Source of the DNA: Escherichia coli
GTDB lineage: Bacteria; Pseudomonadota; Gammaproteobacteria; Enterobacterales; Enterobacteriaceae
Direction: 5' to 3' (one strand)
Assembly: GCF_041886205.1 (NCBI RefSeq)
Contig: NZ_CP169029.1
DNA length: 64,000 nt
In this document: one piece after another, positions 1 through 16,342 of the stretch
Numbering within the stretch: position 1 is the stretch's first letter
Layout of the letters: every line of letters starts with the position of its first letter
Made by a program: the position numbers and the translations under genes
Notes under the pieces: model-generated
Database searches by the model: none
The model's input: the letters and a program-made list of their open reading frames with translations, nothing else
What the model was told of the DNA's origin: nothing

Positions 1-183
1 GCCCTGAAATCCGTTATTACACCAGAAATTGAACAAAAAATGTTACAGCACACGCCGATCAGACGTCTGGGCCAACCGCAAGATATTGCTAACGCAGCGC
101 TGTTCCTTTGCTCGCCTGCAGCCAGCTGGGTAAGCGGACAAATTCTCACCGTCTCCGGTGGTGGGGTACAGGAGCTCAATTAA
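1..183 (+). CDS. hdhA: 3' end (last 60 codons) of 7-alpha-hydroxysteroid dehydrogenase, short-chain dehydrogenase family; partial, starts upstream of window
   Basis: Open frame from base 1 to TAA at 181-183; C-terminal SDR-like peptide; position upstream of uidR agrees with K-12 gene order. Confidence 0.7.
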   Translation, partial: ALKSVITPEIEQKMLQHTPIRRLGQPQDIANAALFLCSPAASWVSGQILTVSGGGVQELN

Positions 184-411
184 TACACTAACGGACCGGT
201 AAACAGCCGTACGTGTTGTTTACCGGGATAGCGTGAGCAACTCATCAACGTCTCTGCTAAACAACTGGCAGCCAAATCACGGCTATTGGTTAACCAATAG
301 ATGGATGAAAAGCATACGAATAGAGTGTGCCTTCGCACTATTCAACAGCAATGATAGGCGCTCACCTGACAACGCGGTAAACTAGTTATTCACGCTAACT
401 ATAATGGTTTA

Positions 412-1002
412 ATGATGGATAACATGCAGACTGAAGCACAACCGACACGGACCCGGATCCTCAATGCTGCCAGAGAGATTTTTTCAGAAAATGGATTTCA
501 CAGTGCCTCGATGAAAGCCATCTGTAAATCTTGCGCCATTAGTCCCGGGACGCTCTATCACCATTTCATCTCCAAAGAAGCCTTGATTCAGGCGATTATC
601 TTACAGGACCAGGAGAGGGCGCTGGCTCGTTTCCGGGAACCGATTGAAGGGATTCATTTTGTTGACTATATGGTCGAGTCTATTGTCTCTCTCACCCATG
701 AAGCCTTTGGGCAACGGGCGCTGGTGGTCGAAATTATGGCGGAAGGGATGCGTAACCCACAGGTCGCCGCCATGCTTAAAAATAAGCATATGACGATCAC
801 TGAATTTGTTGCTCAGCGGATGCGTGATGCCCAGCAAAAAGGCGAGATAAGCCCAGACATCAACACGGCAATGACTTCACGTTTACTGCTGGATCTGACC
901 TACGGTGTACTGGCCGATATCGAAGCGGAAGACCTGGCGCGTGAAGCGTCGTTTGCTCAGGGATTACGCGCGATGATTGGCGGTATCTTAACCGCATCCT
1001 GA
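412..1002 (+). CDS. uidR: TetR-family repressor of the glucuronide operon
   Basis: 196-aa ORF with N-terminal TetR-type HTH; divergent position upstream of uidA; length matches K-12 UidR. Confidence 0.9.
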   Translation: MMDNMQTEAQPTRTRILNAAREIFSENGFHSASMKAICKSCAISPGTLYHHFISKEALIQAIILQDQERALARFREPIEGIHFVDYMVESIVSLTHEAFGQRALVVEIMAEGMRNPQVAAMLKNKHMTITEFVAQRMRDAQQKGEISPDINTAMTSRLLLDLTYGVLADIEAEDLAREASFAQGLRAMIGGILTAS

Positions 1003-1340
1003 TCCTCTCTCTCTTTCCGCGGGCTGGTGACAACTGAGCCCGCGTTTCATATCGTAATTTCTCTGTGCAAAAATCATCCTCCCAGGGATCGGAGAATCCC
1101 ACCTGAATATTCATCGTAGCAATATATCATGAGGGTTTATCGCTCCCAATATGTTCGAACGAACGTTCGATTGCTTATTTTATGGCTTCTGTCAACGCCG
1201 TTTTAAAGATTAATGCGATCTATATCACGCTGTGGGTATTGCAGTTTTTGGTTTTTTGATCGCGGTGTCAGTTCTTTTTATTTCCATTTCTCTTCCATGG
1301 GTTTCTCACAGATAACTGTGTGCAACACAGAATTGGTTAA

Positions 1341-4573
<3,233 letters not shown>

Positions 4574-4611
4574 TATTCAATAAAAATAATCAGAACATCA
4601 AAGGTGCAACT

Positions 4612-5877
4612 ATGAGAAAAATAGTGGCCATGGCCGTTATTTGCCTGACGGCTGCCTCTGGCCTTACCTCTGCTTATGCGGCGCAACTGGCTGACGATGA
4701 AGCGGGACTACGCATCAGACTGAAAAACGAATTGCGCAGGGCTGATAAGCCCAGTGCTGGCGCGGGAAGAGATATTTACGCATGGGTACAGGGAGGATTG
4801 CTCGATTTCAATAGTGGTTATTATTCCAATATTATTGGCGTTGAAGGCGGAGCGTATTATGTTTATAAATTAGGTGCTCGTGCTGATATGAGTACCCGTT
4901 GGTATCTTGATGGTGATAAAAGTTTTGGCTTTGCCCTGGGGGCAGTAAAAATAAAACCCAGTGAAAATAGCCTGCTTAAATTAGGTCGCTTCGGGACGGA
5001 TTATAGTTATGGTAGCTTACCTTATCGTATTCCGTTAATGGCTGGCAGTTCGCAACGTACACTACCGACAGTTTCTGAAGGCGCATTAGGTTATTGGGCT
5101 TTAACGCCAAATATTGATCTGTGGGGAATGTGGCGTACACGAGTATTTTTATGGACCGATTCAACAACCGGTATTCGTGATGAAGGGGTGTATAACAGCC
5201 AGACGGGAAAATACGATAAACATCGCGCACGTTCTTTTTTAGCCGCCAGTTGGCATGATGATACCAGTCGCTATTCTCTGGGGGCATCGGTACAGAAAGA
5301 TGTTTCCAATCAGATACAAAGTATTCTCGAGAAAAGCATACCGCTCGACCCGAATTATACGTTGAAAGGGGAGTTGCTCGGCTTTTACGCGCAGCTCGAA
5401 GGTTTAAGTCGTAATACCAGCCAGCCCAATGAAACGGCGTTGGTTAGTGGACAATTGACCTGGAATGCGCCGTGGGGAAGCGTATTTGGCAGTGGTGGTT
5501 ATTTGCGCCATGCAATGAATGGTGCCGTGGTGGATACCGACATTGGCTATCCCTTTTCATTAAGTCTTGATCGTAACCGTGAAGGAATGCAGTCCTGGCA
5601 ATTGGGCGTCAACTATCGTTTAACTCCGCAATTTACACTGACATTTGCACCGATTGTGACTCGCGGCTATGAATCCAGTAAACGAGATGTGCGGATTGAA
5701 GGCGCGGGTATCTTAGGTGGTATGAACTATCGGGTCAGCGAAGGGCCGTTACAAGGGATGAATTTCTTTCTTGCTGCCGATAAAGGGCGGGAAAAGCGCG
5801 ATGGCAGTACGCTGGGCGATCGCCTGAATTACTGGGATGTGAAAATGAGTATTCAGTATGACTTTATGCTGAAGTAA
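4612..5877 (+). CDS. uidC: outer-membrane porin-like protein of the glucuronide operon
   Basis: 421-aa ORF with signal peptide and C-terminal aromatic residue typical of beta-barrels; operon context. Confidence 0.85.
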   Translation: MRKIVAMAVICLTAASGLTSAYAAQLADDEAGLRIRLKNELRRADKPSAGAGRDIYAWVQGGLLDFNSGYYSNIIGVEGGAYYVYKLGARADMSTRWYLDGDKSFGFALGAVKIKPSENSLLKLGRFGTDYSYGSLPYRIPLMAGSSQRTLPTVSEGALGYWALTPNIDLWGMWRTRVFLWTDSTTGIRDEGVYNSQTGKYDKHRARSFLAASWHDDTSRYSLGASVQKDVSNQIQSILEKSIPLDPNYTLKGELLGFYAQLEGLSRNTSQPNETALVSGQLTWNAPWGSVFGSGGYLRHAMNGAVVDTDIGYPFSLSLDRNREGMQSWQLGVNYRLTPQFTLTFAPIVTRGYESSKRDVRIEGAGILGGMNYRVSEGPLQGMNFFLAADKGREKRDGSTLGDRLNYWDVKMSIQYDFMLK

Positions 5878-5884
5878 GAAATAA

Positions 5885-5912
5885 CGCCGGAGAGAAAAAT
5901 CTCCGGCGTTTT
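5885..5912. terminator. GC-rich hairpin with T-run between convergent uidC and ydgA; likely bidirectional intrinsic terminator
   Basis: Inverted repeat GCCGGAGA...TCTCCGGC followed by TTTT. Confidence 0.6.
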
Positions 5913-5921
5913 GGCTGTGAA

Positions 5922-7430
5922 TTACTGCTGCGGAATAGCGGGTACGACCGGAACATTTAATGCCGGCATTGCAAACATACCAACGAAATCTTCCAGTGGC
6001 ATTTTCTGCCCGTTTAACGTTATCTGACCGTTAGTATATTGCAGGCTGGTGGTGATGGTATTGTCCTGCAAGGTGGTCAGACGGAACATCTGCCCCATTG
6101 CTGATGCACCTTCAACTTGCTGTTTCGCCAGTTTTTTCGCTTGATCTTCCTGATAACCTTCCAGCTTCGCTACCTGAGTCATAAACTCAGTTGCCATATC
6201 CACCGGAATGGTCAGTTTCGCATCCAGAGATTTAACCGAACGATCTACTTCCTGCGCCAGCGTTTGCGGCGCTTCTTTAGTCGTTGCCGGATCTTTCAGG
6301 AACAGCGACAGATTCAGGGCACTTTCACCCTGACTGTTTTTCCAGCTTAGCGGCGCGATAGTAATCACCGGATCGCCTTTCAGCATCAGCGGCAGGGCGC
6401 TAAAGAAGGCTTCCGTCACTTTCTCCTGATAAAGTTCGGGGTTGTTGGCAATTTCTGGCTGTGCCAGCAGCGCCTGAGTTTGCGCGTTATATTGCTGGCT
6501 AAACTGATGCCAGGCTTCACCATCAATCTGGCCGACTTTTAAAGTCAGCTTGCCGCTGCCCAGATCCTGATTCTGTACCTTCAGGCTGTTTAGCGAGTAA
6601 TCCAGTTGGCTATTGATCGTTTTACCGTCATTGACCAGATCCGATTTACCGCTGATCTCCATGCCTTCCAGCAGTGCCAGTTCTTTGCCTTCCACTGAAA
6701 TGGTCATTTTTTCCAGTGACAGTTTTTGATTTCCTACACGCTCACCAAAACTTGCCAGCGTGCTGGAACCGTCGGTTTTCAGATTATTAAAGGTCAACTG
6801 CACTTTCTGGTTGTATTCGTTAACTGCGTCTATCCGACCACTTTGCGCCTCCCCGGAAAGGGAGATGGCTTTGCCGTCTCTGTCAGCATTTAACTGGAAC
6901 TCGCCGCCGCTAAAGGCGACTTTTTCATCCTTTTGCTCGTAATTCAGTGGCTTGAGCGAAATATCGGAACTGGAATCACCGCTGTAACCAATGCGCGAGT
7001 TAATCTCAAAAGGCGTTTCACCTTTTGCCATATCAAACAGTGGTTTACTTACTTCGTTATTAACCAGCGTGGTTTGAATTGATGCCATCGACGGGATCAG
7101 GTTCAGTTTTTTAAGCTGGGCAAGCGGGAAGGGACCATGATCAACCGATTCGTTGAAGATGACGCTCTGACCGCTTTTAATCCACGGATTTTCTTTCCCG
7201 GCAATGGGTTTCACCAACAGTTGCAACTGGCTGCTGAATACGCCGCGATGATAGTTTTGATAACTCACTTCCAGGTTGGATTCAGGAGCTGTCAGTTTGA
7301 GTTGCGCGTTCGCCTGCGCGACCATGTCTTCGAGATGGGTTTCAATCTTCTTGCCTGTATACCATGCGCCGCCTGTCCAGACTACGCCTAGCGCAACAAT
7401 GACGCCTACCGCTACCAGCGATTTATTCAT
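5922..7430 (-). CDS. ydgA: DUF945-family periplasmic/membrane-anchored protein
   Basis: 502-aa ORF with N-terminal hydrophobic anchor; K-12 synteny between uidC and manA. Confidence 0.8.
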   Translation of the reverse strand: MNKSLVAVGVIVALGVVWTGGAWYTGKKIETHLEDMVAQANAQLKLTAPESNLEVSYQNYHRGVFSSQLQLLVKPIAGKENPWIKSGQSVIFNESVDHGPFPLAQLKKLNLIPSMASIQTTLVNNEVSKPLFDMAKGETPFEINSRIGYSGDSSSDISLKPLNYEQKDEKVAFSGGEFQLNADRDGKAISLSGEAQSGRIDAVNEYNQKVQLTFNNLKTDGSSTLASFGERVGNQKLSLEKMTISVEGKELALLEGMEISGKSDLVNDGKTINSQLDYSLNSLKVQNQDLGSGKLTLKVGQIDGEAWHQFSQQYNAQTQALLAQPEIANNPELYQEKVTEAFFSALPLMLKGDPVITIAPLSWKNSQGESALNLSLFLKDPATTKEAPQTLAQEVDRSVKSLDAKLTIPVDMATEFMTQVAKLEGYQEDQAKKLAKQQVEGASAMGQMFRLTTLQDNTITTSLQYTNGQITLNGQKMPLEDFVGMFAMPALNVPVVPAIPQQ

Positions 7431-7530
7431 AATGATTATCCATAAAATGAAATCAGGCGGACTGGCCGCCTGAAGGTGTTATAAGCCTTTAATAAGCTTA
7501 GCAAGAGATGTTAATTTTTTCAGTAAGCTC

Positions 7531-8706
7531 TTACAGCTTGTTGTAAACACGCGCTAAACGGCCGTGGCCTTTGACAGTCACCGGTGATTCGTTGGCGGCA
7601 ATAAACGCTGATTCACCCGGTTTAAGCTGTAACTGCTGAGAACCTTTCCACAACGTTGCATCGCCTTCGACGCAGAACAAAATGGCGGCACTCTGCTGGC
7701 TAATGGTGGTTTCTTTATCACTAAGGTCATGCAGCGAGAAGGCAAAATCATCCACTGGAATCGGGAAGTCCAGTTCTGCACCTTGTTTCACCGGCTGGGT
7801 CAACAACTGGTTAGCCGGTTTGGCTTCGAATTTCACATTGGCAACCAGTTCCGGAATATCAATGTACTTAGGCGTCAGACCCGCACGCAGCACGTTATCG
7901 GAGTTCGCCATCACTTCCAGCGCCACGCCTTGCAGGTAAGCGTGCGGTGTTTCAGCGAACAGGAACATCGCTTCGCCAGGATTCAATTTCACCACATTCA
8001 GTAACAGCGGGGAGAACAGGCCGCTGTCTTCCGGGTAAAATTCAGAAATTAAACGAATCGTTTGCCACGGTTCACCCTGCTGACTGTCGAGCGCCGATTT
8101 TAAAATCGCCAGCGCGCGGGATTTTTCTTCACCCTGCATATTCAACAGGCTGGCGAACAGTTCGCTTAAACGTTCGGCATTAGGCTGTTGTAAAAAGTGA
8201 GCAATTGCCGGATGTGCACCTGCGACTGGCTGGAGTAGGGAGACAATCTCGGAAAACTCACGAAACGCGTTCATCGCAAGGAAAGGCGTCAGCGCAAAAA
8301 CCAGCTCCGGCTTGTGGTTAGGATCTTTATAGTTACGCTCGGCGGCATCCATCGGGATACCTGCGGCATTTTCTTTGGCAAAACCGATTTCAGAATTGCG
8401 TTTGTTTGGATGAACCTGAATGGAGAGCGGCTGTGCTGCGCATAATACTTTGAACAGGAAAGGCAGTTCGCCAAAGCGTTTGGCAACGGCCTCTCCGAGC
8501 AGAGTCGATTTATCACTCTCAATCACATCACGCAGTGAAACGATATCTCCGGCGGCATTCTGCACTCGTGAACTGCTTTTCGGATGTGCGCCCATCCACA
8601 GCTCGGCCATCGGCTGGCTGGACGGATTTTCCATACCATAAAGTTCAGTCAACGCCGTTTTGCTGCCCCAGGCATAGTTTTGCACTGAGTTAATGAGTTT
8701 TTGCAT
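7531..8706 (-). CDS. manA: mannose-6-phosphate isomerase
   Basis: ORF track frame; start trimmed to the ATG giving the 391-aa product beginning MQKLINSVQNYAWGS. Confidence 0.9.
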   Translation of the reverse strand: MQKLINSVQNYAWGSKTALTELYGMENPSSQPMAELWMGAHPKSSSRVQNAAGDIVSLRDVIESDKSTLLGEAVAKRFGELPFLFKVLCAAQPLSIQVHPNKRNSEIGFAKENAAGIPMDAAERNYKDPNHKPELVFALTPFLAMNAFREFSEIVSLLQPVAGAHPAIAHFLQQPNAERLSELFASLLNMQGEEKSRALAILKSALDSQQGEPWQTIRLISEFYPEDSGLFSPLLLNVVKLNPGEAMFLFAETPHAYLQGVALEVMANSDNVLRAGLTPKYIDIPELVANVKFEAKPANQLLTQPVKQGAELDFPIPVDDFAFSLHDLSDKETTISQQSAAILFCVEGDATLWKGSQQLQLKPGESAFIAANESPVTVKGHGRLARVYNKL

Positions 8707-8904
8707 GATCAATCCCTGTTTTAATGTGGAAATTAATCCCACTATTAAAGCAAGAATCCTACGGGAAGTAACCTGGAGCCGCAAAAAGTCGTACTAGTCT
8801 CAGTTTTTGTTAAAAAAGTGTGTAGGATATTGTTACTCGCTTTTAACAGGGCAACGGAACACCCGCCCAGAGCATAACCAAACCAGGCAGTAAGTGAGAG
8901 AACA

Positions 8905-10551
8905 ATGTCAAACAAACCCTTTCATTATCAGGCTCCTTTTCCACTCAAAAAAGACGATACTGAGTATTACCTGCTAACCAGCGAACACGTTAGCGTATCT
9001 GAATTTGAAGGGCAGGAGATTTTGAAAGTCGCACCCGAAGCGTTAACTCTGTTGGCGCGTCAGGCGTTTCATGATGCGTCATTTATGCTGCGTCCGGCTC
9101 ACCAACAACAGGTGGCCGACATTCTGCGTGACCCGGAAGCCAGCGAAAATGATAAATATGTGGCGCTGCAATTCCTGCGCAACTCCGACATCGCGGCGAA
9201 AGGTGTTCTGCCAACCTGTCAGGATACCGGCACTGCGATTATTGTTGGTAAAAAAGGGCAGCGTGTATGGACCGGTGGCTGTGATGAAGCGGCGCTGGCG
9301 CGCGGTGTCTATAACACTTATATCGAAGATAATTTGCGCTACTCGCAAAACGCGCCGCTGGATATGTATAAAGAGGTGAATACCGGCACCAATCTGCCAG
9401 CGCAGATCGATCTTTATGCCGTTGATGGCGACGAGTACAAATTCCTCTGTATCGCCAAAGGTGGTGGTTCGGCAAACAAGACGTATCTCTATCAGGAAAC
9501 CAAAGCGTTACTAACGCCGGGGAAACTGAAAAATTACCTGGTTGAGAAGATGCGCACGCTGGGTACGGCGGCCTGTCCTCCGTATCATATTGCGTTCGTA
9601 ATTGGTGGAACTTCTGCAGAAACTAACCTTAAAACAGTGAAACTGGCTTCCGCTAAATACTATGACGAACTGCCAACGGAAGGGAATGAGCACGGTCAGG
9701 CATTCCGCGATGTGGAACTGGAAAAAGAATTGCTGATCGAAGCGCAAAATCTCGGTCTGGGTGCGCAGTTTGGTGGTAAATACTTCGCTCACGACATACG
9801 CGTGATTCGCCTGCCACGTCACGGCGCATCCTGTCCGGTTGGTATGGGTGTTTCCTGCTCTGCTGACCGTAATATCAAAGCGAAGATCAACCGTCAGGGG
9901 ATCTGGATCGAAAAACTGGAACATAATCCAGGTAAATATATCCCTGAAGAGCTGCGTAAAGCGGGAGAAGGCGAAGCGGTGCGCGTTGACCTTAACCGTC
10001 CGATGAAAGAGATCCTCGCACAGTTGTCGCAGTATCCCGTTTCTACACGCTTATCGCTTAACGGCACGATTATCGTCGGTCGTGATATTGCTCACGCCAA
10101 ACTGAAAGAGCGGATGGATAACGGTGAAGGGCTGCCGCAGTACATTAAAGATCATCCGATTTACTACGCGGGTCCGGCCAAAACGCCGGAAGGTTATGCC
10201 TCCGGTTCTCTTGGCCCAACGACCGCCGGACGGATGGATTCTTATGTCGATCAACTGCAAGCGCAGGGCGGAAGTATGATCATGCTGGCGAAAGGCAACC
10301 GCAGCCAGCAGGTGACGGATGCCTGTAAAAAACACGGCGGCTTCTACCTTGGCAGTATCGGTGGTCCGGCCGCTGTATTGGCGCAGGGAAGTATTAAGAG
10401 CCTGGAATGTGTTGAATATCCGGAACTGGGAATGGAAGCCATCTGGAAAATTGAAGTGGAAGATTTCCCGGCGTTTATCCTTGTGGATGATAAAGGAAAT
10501 GACTTCTTCCAGCAGATACAACTCACACAATGCACCCGCTGTGTGAAATAA
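8905..10551 (+). CDS. fumA: class I fumarate hydratase (Fe-S dependent)
   Basis: 548-aa ORF recognised as class I fumarase; fumA-fumC tandem. Confidence 0.9.
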   Translation: MSNKPFHYQAPFPLKKDDTEYYLLTSEHVSVSEFEGQEILKVAPEALTLLARQAFHDASFMLRPAHQQQVADILRDPEASENDKYVALQFLRNSDIAAKGVLPTCQDTGTAIIVGKKGQRVWTGGCDEAALARGVYNTYIEDNLRYSQNAPLDMYKEVNTGTNLPAQIDLYAVDGDEYKFLCIAKGGGSANKTYLYQETKALLTPGKLKNYLVEKMRTLGTAACPPYHIAFVIGGTSAETNLKTVKLASAKYYDELPTEGNEHGQAFRDVELEKELLIEAQNLGLGAQFGGKYFAHDIRVIRLPRHGASCPVGMGVSCSADRNIKAKINRQGIWIEKLEHNPGKYIPEELRKAGEGEAVRVDLNRPMKEILAQLSQYPVSTRLSLNGTIIVGRDIAHAKLKERMDNGEGLPQYIKDHPIYYAGPAKTPEGYASGSLGPTTAGRMDSYVDQLQAQGGSMIMLAKGNRSQQVTDACKKHGGFYLGSIGGPAAVLAQGSIKSLECVEYPELGMEAIWKIEVEDFPAFILVDDKGNDFFQQIQLTQCTRCVK

Positions 10552-10554
10552 ACA

Positions 10555-10580
10555 GAGCCGCCCTTCGGGGCGGTTTTTTT
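10555..10580 (+). terminator. intrinsic terminator downstream of fumA
   Basis: Hairpin AGCCGCCC-TTCG-GGGCGGT followed by a T7 run. Confidence 0.75.
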
Positions 10581-10693
10581 ACATGGCACGAAAGACCAAA
10601 CATTTGTTATCAAATGGTGAATAATAAGTGAGCTAAAAGTTGCTTAACGAAAGCAAAACAGAAAGAAAAAATTAATCAGGTGAGGAGCAGGTC

Positions 10694-13057
<2,364 letters not shown>

Positions 13058-13098
13058 TATAGCACAGTGGTGGTGACTTGACCACCGTGCGCGTAGTG

Positions 13099-14400
13099 TC
13101 AAGCAGAGGTAAATTGCGGGATGTTATGCCATAACGGCCAGCTAAACGAGAAGCGGGCACCACCCAGTTCGCTGGTGTCACAATTAACCGTACCGCCCAT
13201 TGCCAGTGCTATAGAGTGGACAATTGCCAGCCCCAGCCCACAGCCGCCGGTTGAGCGATCCCGGCTGGGATCGAGGCGAACAAAAGGTTCAAAGATATGT
13301 TCGCGGTTTTCTGGGGCAATCCCTGGGCCATCATCCTCAACAATTAATGTCGCTCTATTCCCCGACAGTAGCAGGCTGGTTTCAACCGTTGAATGGCAGT
13401 AGCGCAGGGCGTTATTGAGCAAATTATCCAGCACGCGCTCCATTAAGCGCATATCCAGTGCCGCGTAATTACCTGGCGTGATCGTTTTTATCCGTACCGT
13501 TTTATCGGGCGTTACTGCCTGAATATCTGCCAGATGCGTTGACAGCCACAACGGCAGGTCTGGTTCGCTAAGATGAAGCTCGTTTTGTGGGCGATCGAGT
13601 CGGGCATAAGTCAGCAGCTCTTCAATTAAAGCTTCAAGTTGACTGATATCACGATTCAACGCCTGGGATTCGGCGGCGCTCAGGTTATCGCTCATCTCCA
13701 GTCGATAACGCAGGCGCACTAACGGTGTTCGCAGTTCATGAGCGATACCGTCAATAAGCTGTTTTTTGCTGGCAATCAAGGCGTTGATATTGTCCGCCAT
13801 CTGGTTAAATGCGATACCAAGTCGTTCAAAGCTCGAACCCTCATCAAAGTGGATACGTTCATTGAGATGCCCATCGCCAAATCGTTGCGCCGCAGCTTCC
13901 AGTTTTAACATATCCTGCCAGTGCGGACGCATCCAGATAAACACCGGAAAGGCGAGGGAAATGGCAATAAAAGCGATTAGGGCGATATCCAGCAATCGCA
14001 TCTGATGGAGGTAATAAAGATAAGGAACAGGACCAACTGCCAGCACGTAGTGGCTGCGCGGGATACGCTGCAAAAACGTGTACTGATCGTCCAGGGCGAC
14101 AATTTCGCCGCCACGCAGTCGGTGCATGGAAATATCATCAAGATGGTATTTACTCAGTGGCTCGACACGCAGATCGAAAGAGAGGTTTAAATCCATCTCT
14201 TTCAGCGTCTTACCCCAGTCGTGTGGGGGGATCTCACGCAATTCGCTGCGCATCAGATACAGCGAACTGTTCATCAAATCATCCAGCGACTGTTTGCCCG
14301 CGCGTTCGGCGGTAAATTTGTACACCAGCCCAACCAGCAGAGACATCACAAGGAAGCAGACAAACAATAACAGGTAAAACTGGATAAACAGTTTTTTCAT
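13099..14400 (-). CDS. rstB: sensor histidine kinase
   Basis: 433-aa ORF with TM segments, H-box (HELRTP) and HATPase G-boxes; operon with rstA. Confidence 0.9.
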   Translation of the reverse strand: MKKLFIQFYLLLFVCFLVMSLLVGLVYKFTAERAGKQSLDDLMNSSLYLMRSELREIPPHDWGKTLKEMDLNLSFDLRVEPLSKYHLDDISMHRLRGGEIVALDDQYTFLQRIPRSHYVLAVGPVPYLYYLHQMRLLDIALIAFIAISLAFPVFIWMRPHWQDMLKLEAAAQRFGDGHLNERIHFDEGSSFERLGIAFNQMADNINALIASKKQLIDGIAHELRTPLVRLRYRLEMSDNLSAAESQALNRDISQLEALIEELLTYARLDRPQNELHLSEPDLPLWLSTHLADIQAVTPDKTVRIKTITPGNYAALDMRLMERVLDNLLNNALRYCHSTVETSLLLSGNRATLIVEDDGPGIAPENREHIFEPFVRLDPSRDRSTGGCGLGLAIVHSIALAMGGTVNCDTSELGGARFSFSWPLWHNIPQFTSA

Positions 14401-14403
14401 CGC

Positions 14404-15123
14404 TTATTCCCATGCATGAGGCGCAAAAAGATAGCCTTTGTTACGCACAGTTTTAATGCGATAAGGTTCTGCGGCGTTATCGAGCAGTTTTTTTCTTAAC
14501 CGCGAAATAGCCACATCCACGCTACGATCCAGTCCGTCATAACTGACGCCGCGTAAATTTTTCAGCAATGCATCGCGGTCCATGATTTGCCCGGCATGGG
14601 TAGCTAATTCCCACAATAATTCGAAATCAGCTGTCGAGAGCGAGATTTCAGTGTTAGCCAGGGTGACTACGCGGTTGATGGGATCGATGGTCAACGTGCC
14701 GAAATGCAGGGCTTTGTAGGGAGTCAGATACGTTTCCTGAAGACCTTTGGTCAGTGTGGCTTGCTCATTCTGACGCAAATGCAAACGTAAACGCGCTAGC
14801 AAAACAGCAGGGGGCGTCGTTTTGAGAATATAGTCGCAGGCACCCATTTCCAGTGCCAGGATGTGGTTCATATCGCTATCGAGAGAGGTTAGAAGAACAA
14901 TCGGTCCAGACCACTTTGCGCGTAAATCACGACAAATGGTCATGCCGTCCTTGCCTGGTAGCATGATGTCGAGTAACACCAAATCCGGATTTTCTCGCAA
15001 AATGGTTTCTTCGGCCTGGTCGCCGCGCGGCTCTACGGTAACCTGCATATCATGTTTTGCCAGGTACGCGGCAATCAGTGAACCGACTTCCGCATCATCT
15101 TCCACAAATACGATAGTGTTCAT
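14404..15123 (-). CDS. rstA: OmpR-family response regulator
   Basis: Receiver domain plus winged-helix output; start chosen at ATG giving 239 aa (MNTIVFVEDD). Confidence 0.85.
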   Translation of the reverse strand: MNTIVFVEDDAEVGSLIAAYLAKHDMQVTVEPRGDQAEETILRENPDLVLLDIMLPGKDGMTICRDLRAKWSGPIVLLTSLDSDMNHILALEMGACDYILKTTPPAVLLARLRLHLRQNEQATLTKGLQETYLTPYKALHFGTLTIDPINRVVTLANTEISLSTADFELLWELATHAGQIMDRDALLKNLRGVSYDGLDRSVDVAISRLRKKLLDNAAEPYRIKTVRNKGYLFAPHAWE

Positions 15124-15251
15124 AACATTCACGGTAGATATAAAAACGTCACAATACACCGCGCTGTTTTTACTTACTATCAATCGTTTCTAAACAAGTT
15201 TTCATCAGGTATTCTACTGATGACTTGTTATGGAAGTGTTAAGGTAAAAAG

Positions 15252-15587
15252 ATGGGGCTGGTAATCAAAGCCGCGCTCGGTGCGCTGGTAGTGCTGTTGA
15301 TTGGTGTTTTAGCAAAAACGAAAAATTATTATATCGCCGGGCTGATTCCACTTTTCCCGACCTTTGCGCTTATCGCGCATTATATTGTTGCCAGCGAACG
15401 CGGCATTGAAGCCTTACGCGCAACCATCATTTTTAGTATGTGGTCGATTATTCCCTATTTTGTTTACCTGGTGTCGCTGTGGTATTTCACCGGAATGATG
15501 CGCTTGCCCGCCGCTTTTGTTGGTTCTGTTGCGTGTTGGGGGATAAGCGCATGGGTGTTGATTATATGCTGGATAAAGCTGCATTAA
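15252..15587 (+). CDS. ydgC: GlpM-family small inner membrane protein
   Basis: 111-aa hydrophobic ORF; K-12 synteny. Confidence 0.8.
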   Translation: MGLVIKAALGALVVLLIGVLAKTKNYYIAGLIPLFPTFALIAHYIVASERGIEALRATIIFSMWSIIPYFVYLVSLWYFTGMMRLPAAFVGSVACWGISAWVLIICWIKLH

Positions 15588-16306
15588 CGCAGATGACGAC
15601 CGCCATCAAGTGGGAAACTGCGTCCGGTGACAAAGCAACTGGTAAGTAAGTAATCGACCAGGTCGATCACTTCTTTCTCGCCAGGCGCGGTTTTCATCAG
15701 TGATTTATTCAGCGCCTGTTGTCGATATTCGGCATCATCATGTTCATTAAACAGGATCAGCGATGGCGCAATAGAATTCACTTTCACTTCCGGTGCCAGC
15801 TTGCGGGCAAACGAGCGGGTCATATTATCCAGTGCCGCTTTGCTTGCAGCATAGGCAATATGTTTGTCGCTACCGCGCTCCACCACATAATCGGTAAAGT
15901 GAATGATATCGCTGGCGGCGTGTCCGTGCCCACGCAGTAATCTTTCCAGAGCATGGTTGAGCAGGTAAGGGGTATTAACGTGGATCTGCATCATGCAAGC
16001 CAGTACGTCGGCCAGTGGCGCACCCGCTTTTTCCGCCATCCACGCACTGGCGTTATGCAAAATAGCACGCAGACCATGGGTGCTTTTTAGTACTTCATCG
16101 GCAAACGCCATCACACCGTCGTTGGTCGAAAAATCAGCCTGAATACACTGCGCACCTGCCTTAATCAGTCCATCAATGGCTGGATAGTGCGTCCGATAGC
16201 TGACAATCACCGGTTGCTTTTGATTAATGAAATGCCAGGCGAGGGCGAGGCCGATGCGACGACCTCCGCCAGTAATTAATATTGGCAAGGGCTGGGCTTT
16301 ACCCAT
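15584..16306 (-). CDS. folM: dihydromonapterin/dihydrofolate reductase (SDR family)
   Basis: 240-aa ORF with N-terminal Rossmann motif ITGGGRRIG. Confidence 0.85.
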   Translation of the reverse strand: MGKAQPLPILITGGGRRIGLALAWHFINQKQPVIVSYRTHYPAIDGLIKAGAQCIQADFSTNDGVMAFADEVLKSTHGLRAILHNASAWMAEKAGAPLADVLACMMQIHVNTPYLLNHALERLLRGHGHAASDIIHFTDYVVERGSDKHIAYAASKAALDNMTRSFARKLAPEVKVNSIAPSLILFNEHDDAEYRQQALNKSLMKTAPGEKEVIDLVDYLLTSCFVTGRSFPLDGGRHLR

Positions 16307-16342
16307 CGTTATCTCCTTTGCTATCCAACGATGGGATGAACG

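Noticed and set aside
13060-13090. Imperfect palindrome GGTGGT...ACCACC between rstB and tus as a possible terminator
   Set aside because: Arms are short and imperfect and no T-run follows on either strand
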